The notes below the pieces were generated by a model. The model did not search any database. It was not told where the DNA came from and saw nothing but the letters and a program-made list of their open reading frames with translations. DNA of 32,000 nucleotides from an uncultured Actinomycetota bacterium (GTDB taxonomy: Bacteria; Actinomycetota; Actinomycetes; Propionibacteriales; Nocardioidaceae). A program made the translations under genes and the position numbers. The DNA lies in contig CAWFKC010000003.1 of the NCBI GenBank assembly GCA_963816325.1, positions 19,643 to 51,642 on the forward strand. Direction: 5' to 3'. This document shows, piece after piece, positions 1-6,699 of the stretch. How positions within the stretch are numbered: position 1 is the stretch's first letter; each line of letters starts with the position of its first letter.

Positions 1-1239
1 GTCTCGTTCATCATCGCCGGCGTCGCCAGTGCCTGCGCCGCCCTGTCCTACGCCGAGTTCGGCGGCCTCATCCCGCAGGCGGGCTCCGCCTACACCTACG
101 GCTACGCGGTGCTCGGCGAGGTCGTCGGGTGGTTCATCGGCTGGGACCTGCTGCTGGAGTACACCGCGATCGTGGCGGTGGTCGCCATCGGCGTCTCGCA
201 GTACATCACCTTCTTGCTCCAGGCCTTCGGGCTCGACCTGCCGGCGTGGATGCTGGGCGCGCCCGGTACCGGCCACGGGCACCGCGTCGACCTGTTCGCG
301 ATCCTGCTGTGCCTGGGGGTCGCCTGGCTGCTCAACCGCGGCATCCGCAGCAGTGCCCGGATCGAGACCTACCTGGTCTTCGTCAAGATCGCGATCGTGC
401 TCGCGGTCGTCGGAGTGGGCGCGTTCTACGTCAGCTCCGACAACCTCACGCCGTACTTCCCCTTCGGTCTCAGCGGTGCCGCCACCGGCGCGGCGACCGT
501 CTTCTTCGCCGTCTTCGGGTACGACGCGATGAGCACAGCCGCCGAGGAGTCCAAGGAGGCCGAGCGCAACCTGCCCAAGGCGATCGTGCTCTCGCTGGCG
601 ATCGCGATGGTGCTCTACCTGCTGGCCGCCACCGTGCTCACCGGCATGGTGAAGTACACCAACCTCTCCCCCACCGCGGCGTTCAGCGAGGCGTTCGACA
701 CCGTGGGCCTGCCGCAGTTCGCGAAGGTGGTCGCGTTCGGCGCGATCATCGGGATCATCACCGTGCTGTTCTCGTTCACCCTCGGGGCCTCGCGGGTGTG
801 GTACGCGATCAGCCGCGACGGCCTGCTGCCCGCCTGGTTCTCGCGCACCAACCGGCACCACTCGCCGTACCGGCCGGTGTGGCTGGTGGGTGTGATCTCC
901 GCGGCGATCGCCGGCTTCGTGTCCATCGGCACCGCAGCCGAGCTGACCAACATCGGCATCCTGCTGGCCTTCGTCGTGGTCTCGGCGGCCGTGATCGTGC
1001 TGCGCTACCGCTCGCCGCACCTGCCGCGGACGTTCCGGACGCCGTTCATGCCGGTCACGCCGCTGCTCGGCATCGCCTTCTCGCTGTGGTTGGTCAGCAA
1101 GCTGCAGTGGGAGACCTGGGTGCGGTTCGCGGTGTGGTTCGTGATCGGGATGGTGGTCTACGCCCTCTACGGCTACCGCAACAGCCGGCTCGGCCGCGGT
1201 GAGGTCATCGACGCCGACCCGGAGCAGGAGCTGCGCTGA
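1..1239 (+). CDS. Amino acid permease, APC superfamily (5' end outside window)
   Basis: Frame 1 is open from base 1 (VSFIIAGVASACAALSYAEFGGLIPQAGSAYTYGYAVLGEVVGWFIGWDLLLEY...) and runs into track ORF 109..1239. It has repeated TM-length hydrophobic segments. The SYAEF / GSAYTY / GWDLLLEY blocks are typical of APC/cationic amino-acid transporters. GC3 is near saturation. Confidence 0.85.
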   Translation, partial: VSFIIAGVASACAALSYAEFGGLIPQAGSAYTYGYAVLGEVVGWFIGWDLLLEYTAIVAVVAIGVSQYITFLLQAFGLDLPAWMLGAPGTGHGHRVDLFAILLCLGVAWLLNRGIRSSARIETYLVFVKIAIVLAVVGVGAFYVSSDNLTPYFPFGLSGAATGAATVFFAVFGYDAMSTAAEESKEAERNLPKAIVLSLAIAMVLYLLAATVLTGMVKYTNLSPTAAFSEAFDTVGLPQFAKVVAFGAIIGIITVLFSFTLGASRVWYAISRDGLLPAWFSRTNRHHSPYRPVWLVGVISAAIAGFVSIGTAAELTNIGILLAFVVVSAAVIVLRYRSPHLPRTFRTPFMPVTPLLGIAFSLWLVSKLQWETWVRFAVWFVIGMVVYALYGYRNSRLGRGEVIDADPEQELR

Positions 1240-1273
1240 GGCCCGCGCGCCCGCGCCGACCGGGCTCGGACGG

Positions 1274-2287
1274 TCAGGCGCCGGCGCGCTCGGCGGCGCG
1301 CAGGTCGCGCCGCAGCTCCGGCGGCAGCGCGAAGATCAGCGACTCCTCGGCCGAGTGCACGGACTCGGCGTCGGGGAACCCGCGCTCGGCGAGGTAGGCC
1401 AGCACGCCCTCGACGAGGTCGTCGGGCACCGAGGCGCCGGAGGTCACGCTCACCTTCGAGACGCCCTCCAGCCAGGCGTCGTCGATCTCTCCCGCGTCGT
1501 CGACGCGGTGGGCCGCCGCGGCGCCCGCCTCGAGCGCCACCTCGACCAGGCGCACCGAGTTGGAGGAGTTGCCCGAGCCGACCACGATCACCAGGTCGGC
1601 GTCGTGGGAGATCTCCTTGATCGCCATCTGGCGGTTCTGGGTGGCGTAGCAGATGTCGTCCGACGGCGGGTCGAGCAGCAACGGGAAGCGCTCGCGGATG
1701 GCGTCGACGATGGTCAGGGTCTCGTCGACCGACAAGGTGGTCTGGGAGAGCCAGGACACCTTCGCCGGGTCGCGGACCTCGACGTTCGCGACGTCCTCGG
1801 GAGACTGGACGAGGTGGATGCGCTCGGGCGCCTCACCGGAGGTGCCCTCGACCTCCTCGTGCCCGGCGTGGCCGATGAGCAGGATGTCGTAGTCCTCGCC
1901 CGCGAAACGGCGGGCCTCGTGGTGCACCTTGGTGACCAGCGGGCAGGTGGCGTCGATGGTCTTGAGGTGCCGCTCCGCGGCCAGCGCGTGCACCGCCGGG
2001 GACACCCCGTGCGCGGAGAACACGACCGTGGAGCCTTCCGGGACCTCGTCGAGCTCCTCGACGAAGATCGCGCCGTTGTCCTCCAGGTCGTGGACCACGT
2101 GCTTGTTGTGCACGATCTGCTTGCGCACGTAGACCGGCGCGCCGTACAGGTCGAGCGCCTTCTCCACGGTGATCACCGCGCGGTCCACGCCGGCGCAGTA
2201 GCCGCGCGGCGCTGCGAGCAGCACGCTTCGGCCCTCCGCCTCGCCGGCGGACAGTACGGGAGGAATCCCCAGGTCCGAGGTGCTCAT
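1274..2287 (-). CDS. ispH: 4-hydroxy-3-methylbut-2-enyl diphosphate reductase (housekeeping IspH/LytB)
   Basis: Track ORF 1274..3526 is over-extended. The homology-consistent start is ATG at 2287 ([11 protein letters not shown]...), giving 337 aa. The three cluster cysteines sit in IspH context ([33 protein letters not shown]), with HAGHEEVEG and GSGNSSNS. Confidence 0.95.
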   Translation of the reverse strand: MSTSDLGIPPVLSAGEAEGRSVLLAAPRGYCAGVDRAVITVEKALDLYGAPVYVRKQIVHNKHVVHDLEDNGAIFVEELDEVPEGSTVVFSAHGVSPAVHALAAERHLKTIDATCPLVTKVHHEARRFAGEDYDILLIGHAGHEEVEGTSGEAPERIHLVQSPEDVANVEVRDPAKVSWLSQTTLSVDETLTIVDAIRERFPLLLDPPSDDICYATQNRQMAIKEISHDADLVIVVGSGNSSNSVRLVEVALEAGAAAAHRVDDAGEIDDAWLEGVSKVSVTSGASVPDDLVEGVLAYLAERGFPDAESVHSAEESLIFALPPELRRDLRAAERAGA

Positions 2288-2323
2288 GCCCCCATGGTAG
2301 GTGGTGTCCCCTAGGGTGCGTGC

Positions 2324-3616
2324 GTGGCACTCGACACCTCCCCCGAGCACCCGGCGCCGGTCCGGCAGATCGCGAACCTGATCTCCGGGTGGGTCGACCG
2401 GCTCGGCGCGGTGTGGGTGGAGGGCCAGATCGCCCAGCTCAGCCGCCGGCAGGGCATGAGCACGGTCTTCTTGACCATGCGTGACCCGGTCGCGGACGTG
2501 TCGGTGTCGGTCACCTGCTCGCGCCAGCTGTTCGACTCGCTCAATCCCCCTCTGGTGGAGGGCGCCAGCGTGGTCGTGCACGCCCGGCCCAGCTACTGGG
2601 CCAACCGCGGCACCCTGTCGCTGCGGGCCGACGACATCCGGATGGTCGGCCTGGGCGAGCTGCTGGCCCGCCTCGAGCGGCGGCGCCAGCTGCTGGCCGC
2701 CGAGGGGCTGTTCGCCCGCGAGCGCAAGCGCCCTCTCCCGTTCCTGCCGGGTTGCGTGGGGCTGATCACCGGCCGGCAGTCCGCCGCCGAGCGCGACGTG
2801 CTGGAGAACGCCCGCCGCCGGTGGCCGGCGGTGCGCTTCCGGGTGCTCAACACCGCGGTGCAGGGCCCTAACGCGGCGGGCGAGATGATGGACGCCCTCA
2901 AGACGCTCGACCGCGATCCCGACGTCGACGTGGTGGTGGTGGCCCGCGGCGGCGGGTCGGTCGAGGACCTGCTGCCGTTCTCCGACGAGGGCCTGGTCCG
3001 GGCCGTCTTCGCCGCGCGCACGCCCGTGGTCTCGGCGATCGGGCACGAGCCCGACACGCCTCTGCTGGACCTGGTCGCCGATGTCCGGGCCTCGACCCCC
3101 ACCGACGCGGCCAAGCTCGTGGTGCCCGACGTCGCCGAGGAGACCGACCGGGTCCGGCACCTGCGCGACCGCGCCCGCCGGGTGCTCGACGGCTGGCTGA
3201 GCCGGGAGCTGCACCAGCTCGCGTCCGTGCGCGCCCGGCCGTGCCTGGCCGACCCGGGCGGCACCCTCGAGGTCCGCGGCCGCGAGGTCGATGACCTGCG
3301 CGACCGGGCCCGTCGCTGCTTCGGGCACCAGCTCGACCGGGCCGGCACCGACCTGACCCACCAGCTCGCGCGTGTGCGCGGGCTGTCGCCGCTGGCCACC
3401 CTCAAGCGCGGCTACGCCGTCGTCCAGGACGAGGCCGGCCACGTGGTGACCAGCATCGAGCAGGCCACGGCCGGCGACCGGCTCGCGGTCCGGGTGCACG
3501 ACGGGCGGCTCGACGTCGCGGTCCACGACACGGCCCCCGCCGAGCTCTCGGAGCCCGACGCCCGGGGCTCGTCGGGGCCCGACGATCCGCGAAGCATCAA
3601 GGAGGAGAACGCGTGA
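2324..3616 (+). CDS. xseA: Exodeoxyribonuclease VII large subunit
   Basis: GTG start at 2324, 430 aa. It has an N-terminal OB-fold-like region ([25 protein letters not shown]) and a catalytic core ([30 protein letters not shown]). The stop overlaps the xseB start (GTGA at 3613-3616). Confidence 0.93.
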   Translation: MALDTSPEHPAPVRQIANLISGWVDRLGAVWVEGQIAQLSRRQGMSTVFLTMRDPVADVSVSVTCSRQLFDSLNPPLVEGASVVVHARPSYWANRGTLSLRADDIRMVGLGELLARLERRRQLLAAEGLFARERKRPLPFLPGCVGLITGRQSAAERDVLENARRRWPAVRFRVLNTAVQGPNAAGEMMDALKTLDRDPDVDVVVVARGGGSVEDLLPFSDEGLVRAVFAARTPVVSAIGHEPDTPLLDLVADVRASTPTDAAKLVVPDVAEETDRVRHLRDRARRVLDGWLSRELHQLASVRARPCLADPGGTLEVRGREVDDLRDRARRCFGHQLDRAGTDLTHQLARVRGLSPLATLKRGYAVVQDEAGHVVTSIEQATAGDRLAVRVHDGRLDVAVHDTAPAELSEPDARGSSGPDDPRSIKEENA

Positions 3617-3834
3617 GCGAGCAGGAACGGCCGAGCTACGAGGAGGCCCGCGAGGAGCTCATCGAGGTGGTCCGGGCACTGGAGTCCGGAGGCACCGACC
3701 TCGAGGAGTCGCTGGCGCTGTGGGAGCGCGGCGAGCACCTCGCGCGGGTGTGCCAGGACTGGCTCGACGGCGCCCGCAAGCGGCTCGACACGGTGGTCGC
3801 CGAGCACGAGCCCGGGGCGGCCACCGACGGCTGA
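3613..3834 (+). CDS. xseB: Exodeoxyribonuclease VII small subunit
   Basis: 73 aa. [50 protein letters not shown] is the canonical XseB helical hairpin. It is translationally coupled to xseA. Confidence 0.93.
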   Translation: MSEQERPSYEEAREELIEVVRALESGGTDLEESLALWERGEHLARVCQDWLDGARKRLDTVVAEHEPGAATDG

Positions 3835-3930
3835 GCCTCCGCTGGCCCCGTCGTCGGCCCCGTCGTCGGCCCCGCCGTTGAGCCCCGCCGTCGGCCTCCC
3901 GCCGTTGAGCCCCGCCGTTGCCTCCCGGGA
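3835..3930. repeat. GC-rich 12-14 nt tandem repeat array filling the xseB/DUF4245 convergent gap
   Basis: GGCCCCGTCGTC at 3844-3855 and again at 3856-3867, then GGCCCCGCCGTT (3868), GAGCCCCGCCGTC (3880), GGCCTCCCGCCGTT (3893), GAGCCCCGCCGTT (3907) and GCCTCCCGGGA (3920). Read directly from the sequence. Confidence 0.8.
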
Positions 3931-3931
3931 C

Positions 3932-4462
3932 TCAGCGCAGCGACCGCAGGAAGCCCGTCAGCTCCGCGCGCGGCACGTCGTGACCGACGAGGAGGGTGCT
4001 GGCGCCGCCGGAGCGGCGCACCAGCGCGAGGTCTCCCCCGGCGTCGGTCCAGGTCGCCCAGCGGTGACCGTCCACCACCAGCGGCTTGCCACGCTCGGCC
4101 GCCTGGTCGACGTACGTCGAGACCATGCTGCTCACCGACTGCTCGCCCTGCTCGAGGCCGACGTAGTGGCCCTTGCCGGTGAGGAGGCCGAGGTGCCAGT
4201 GCTGCTCCGCGCCGCCGGTGAACCGGACCGTCGTCGGCGTCCACCCCGCCGGCAGCGACGGCGGCACGAGCAGATGGAAACGGGCCTGTTGAGCGGCGTA
4301 CTTCGCGGGCGTGCGGTAGTCCACCGCGGGCGCCGCATCCGGCCGGTCCGGCCGGTTGAGCGCCTGGAGGGCGGCGACCCCGACGATCACTGCCAGCAGC
4401 ACGACGAGAGCACCGATCAGCCCCGACACCGACCGCTGGTACTTGCCCGCCTGCTCGCTCAC
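3932..4462 (-). CDS. DUF4245-like conserved actinobacterial membrane-anchored protein
   Basis: Proposed GTG start at 4462 (VSEQAGKYQRSVSGLIGALVVLLAVIVGVAAL...), giving a single N-terminal TM followed by a soluble domain (HWHLGLLTGKGHYVGLEQGEQ). Its position next to xseAB matches the conserved actinobacterial arrangement, as far as I recall. The upstream part of track ORF 3932..4732 is Arg/Pro-rich low complexity and was not included. Confidence 0.7.
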   Translation of the reverse strand: MSEQAGKYQRSVSGLIGALVVLLAVIVGVAALQALNRPDRPDAAPAVDYRTPAKYAAQQARFHLLVPPSLPAGWTPTTVRFTGGAEQHWHLGLLTGKGHYVGLEQGEQSVSSMVSTYVDQAAERGKPLVVDGHRWATWTDAGGDLALVRRSGGASTLLVGHDVPRAELTGFLRSLR

Positions 4463-4468
4463 GGATCC

Positions 4469-5200
4469 ATGATCGCAAGCCGGCCCCAACCCGGTTCCCA
4501 CGGGGCGTGGGCTGCCGCGGTGCCGGGTGCGCTGGTCGACGTCGTCGCCGTCCTCGCGCCGCTGGGCCTGCTGGCCTTCGCGTTCCTGCACCCGCGCGGT
4601 GGGTGGAGGCGGCCGCGGGGGTCCTGGCCGCCACCGTGGTGCTGGGCGTGGGCGCGGTCGGAGCGGCCGGGTCCGGCACGCGGCCGGCGCGGCGCGGCGC
4701 GTAGCGGGCTTCCTCGCCGCGATCCTGGTCATCGCCGAGGTCTGTGCCGCCGAGGGTCTGTTCCTGGCACTCGGTGCCCTGGGGTGGCCCGGGCGTCCGC
4801 GGGCCGGCCGCGGGCGATGCTGCTGTTGACCTTCGCGGTGGCGGCCGCCGCCGCGGCCACGCTGTCCGGCTACTCACTCCGCCGCGGCCGGGTCACGCCC
4901 GCGGGCGCTCGGGGCCACGGTGCTGGCCAACGTGGTGACCAACCTGCCGGCCACCCTGCCGCTGGTCCCGCTGGTCGCGCCGCTGGCCACCACGGCGGTG
5001 CTGGCCGCGCTGGTCGGGCTGAACGTCGGCTCCTGACTCACCTACCCCGGCTCGCTGGCGAACCTGCTGTGGCGCCGCACGCTCGTCCGGGCCGGCCGGG
5101 CGCCGTCGGTGGGCGACTTCCACGCCCTGTCCGCGCTGGCGACGGCGCCCGCGCTCGTGGCGGCGGTGGTGGCGTTATGGACCTGGAGCGCGGTGCCGGG
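4469..5200 (+). pseudogene. Decayed ArsB/NhaD (SLC13-like) permease relic with frameshifts, an internal deletion and an in-frame TGA
   Basis: Permease-like pieces are spread over three frames. Frame 2: VDVVAVLAPLGLLAFAFLHPRGG. Frame 1: VEAAAGVLAATVVLGVGAV. Frame 0: GFLAAILVIAEVCAAEGLFLALGA. Frame 2 again: LLLTFAVAAAAAATLSGYSL. Frame 0 again: VLANVVTNLPATLPLVPLVAPLATTAVLAALVGLNVGS*LTYPGSLANLLWRRTLVRAG, with TGA at 5034-5036. GC3 stays about 100% on both sides of the stop. The NNLPA...GxNxGxxLTxxGSLAxLLW pattern is the ArsB/NhaD C-terminal signature. The total length of about 730 bp is well short of the roughly 1.2 kb expected. Confidence 0.55.
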
Positions 5201-5225
5201 CGGCGGGCGAGAGCGCGCGAGGCCG

Positions 5226-6191
5226 TCACCCGTGCAGAGCCGGGACCAGCTCCTGCTCGGCGAAGCGAAGGAAGTCCGCCTGGTGCTCGTCCCCGATCTG
5301 GACCACCGCGACGTCGGTGAAGCCGGCCTTCTCGAAACCCCGGACCGCGTCCACGATGGCGTCCACGTCCGGGCCGCACGGGATGGACCCGGCCACATCC
5401 TCCGGCCGGACGAACTGGGTGGCCCCGGCGAACGCGGACGGCCCCGGGAGCTCGGCGTTCACCTTCCAGCCACCGCCGAACCAGCGGAACTCGCGGTGCG
5501 CGCGCTCGACGGCCCGGTCCCGGTCGGGGTCCCAGCAGATCGGCAGCTGGCCGATCTTGCGCGACTCGCGGCCGCCGGCCGCGTCGTCCCAGGAGCTCAC
5601 CAGCGACGGCTCCGGCTCAACGGCGATGAGGTGGTCCGCCTTCGGCGCGAAGCTCCGGACCGACTGCTCCCCCGAGACGGCCACGCCGATCCGGACCGGC
5701 TCCTGCGGCAGGTCCCAGAGCTTGGCGGAGTCGACGCGGAAGTGCTGCCCGGCGAAGTTCACGTAGCCGCCGTCGAGGAGACCGCGGATGATCGTCAGCG
5801 CCTCGTCGAGCATCTCGTGGCGCACGTTGACCGGCGGCCAGCCACGACCGACCACGTGCTCGTTGAGGTTCTCCCCGGCGCCGAGACCGAGGGTGAAGCG
5901 GTTGTCGCTGAGCAGCCCGATGGTGGCGGCCTTCTGGGCGACGAGGGCCGGGTGGTAGCGCAGGATCGGGCAGGTCACGTAGGTCATCAGGTCGACCCGC
6001 TCAGTGACCTGGGAGACCGCGCCGAGCATGCTCCAGGCGTAGCCCGCGTGGCCCTGCTCCTCCAGCCACGGGAAGTAGTGGTCGCTCATCACCTCGAAGT
6101 CGAAGCCGGCCTGCTCGGCCGCCGCGGCGTAGCGGACCAGTTCGCGCGGCCCGGACTGCTCGGTCATCAACGTGTAGCCGTACCTCGGCAT
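5226..6191 (-). CDS. LLM-class F420-dependent oxidoreductase (luciferase-like, G6PDH-related subfamily)
   Basis: 321 aa, with a GAAGGGAGAG Shine-Dalgarno upstream of ATG 6191. MPRYGYTLMTEQSGPRELVRYAAAAEQAGFDFEVMSDHYFPWLEEQGHAGYAWSMLGA and LGLGAGENLNEH are typical of the TIM-barrel LLM family members annotated as F420-dependent. Confidence 0.85.
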   Translation of the reverse strand: MPRYGYTLMTEQSGPRELVRYAAAAEQAGFDFEVMSDHYFPWLEEQGHAGYAWSMLGAVSQVTERVDLMTYVTCPILRYHPALVAQKAATIGLLSDNRFTLGLGAGENLNEHVVGRGWPPVNVRHEMLDEALTIIRGLLDGGYVNFAGQHFRVDSAKLWDLPQEPVRIGVAVSGEQSVRSFAPKADHLIAVEPEPSLVSSWDDAAGGRESRKIGQLPICWDPDRDRAVERAHREFRWFGGGWKVNAELPGPSAFAGATQFVRPEDVAGSIPCGPDVDAIVDAVRGFEKAGFTDVAVVQIGDEHQADFLRFAEQELVPALHG

Positions 6192-6368
6192 CGACTCTCC
6201 CTTCGTCGCCTTCGTCGCCGGCCCCGTACCCCGAACGAGCAGCCACGATGCTCGGCCACGGCTCGCTCGCGCGTCCCCCGACGCGCGCGACGGGCGCCTC
6301 CACGGTCGATTGCCGCGGATGCGCCCGCCGTCACGACAGTGCGCCCGGTCAGACCCGGGGCGGTCGCG

Positions 6369-6473
6369 TCAGGCCCGGGTGCGGGCTAGATCCGCCATGA
6401 TGTAGTCGATCATCAGCGCAACCAGCGACGCTGCGGACAGGCTCAGCAGTGCGGCCCTGGGCTTCTTTCCCAT
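6369..6473 (-). CDS. Putative 34-aa small membrane protein
   Basis: Below the track length cutoff and read by hand: GAGGAGGA, a 4-nt spacer (CACC), then ATG, encoding MGKKPRAALLSLSAASLVALMIDYIMADLARTRA*. It has a basic N-terminus plus one TM-length hydrophobic stretch, and GC3 is about 80%. There is no homology evidence. Confidence 0.4.
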   Translation of the reverse strand: MGKKPRAALLSLSAASLVALMIDYIMADLARTRA

Positions 6474-6699
6474 GGTGTCCTCCTCGAGGATCTGCCGGGG
6501 TGGCCTCTCCACCCACGCGGAGTGCGCCCGTGCCCCGGATCACAGGTCCTAAACGGGGCCCCGGAAAGTCGCGCGCTGCTGGTCCACCCGGCGGGCCGAC
6601 TGTGAGCCGGGGCCCGCCGACGGGTAACTTCGCACCCGTCCGGTGCGCGGGCCTGCGCCCGCCCGGATGGCCGGGACGACAAGGGGTAATGAGGACAGC

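Noticed and set aside
1274-3526. Very long N-terminal extensions of the real minus-strand genes in the track: 1274..3526, 11906..14902, 13411..16002, 15312..17498, 16325..17977 and 17683..19089.
   Set aside because: The extensions run through the neighbouring upstream genes in another frame and are low complexity. The homologous protein sequence begins at internal ATG/GTG codons that form ATGA/GTGA overlaps with the preceding stop. I used those shorter coordinates.
5034-5036. The in-frame TGA in the permease relic as selenocysteine or programmed read-through.
   Set aside because: The gene also has several frameshifts and lacks its middle section. No SECIS-like context is evident. Pseudogenisation is the simpler explanation.
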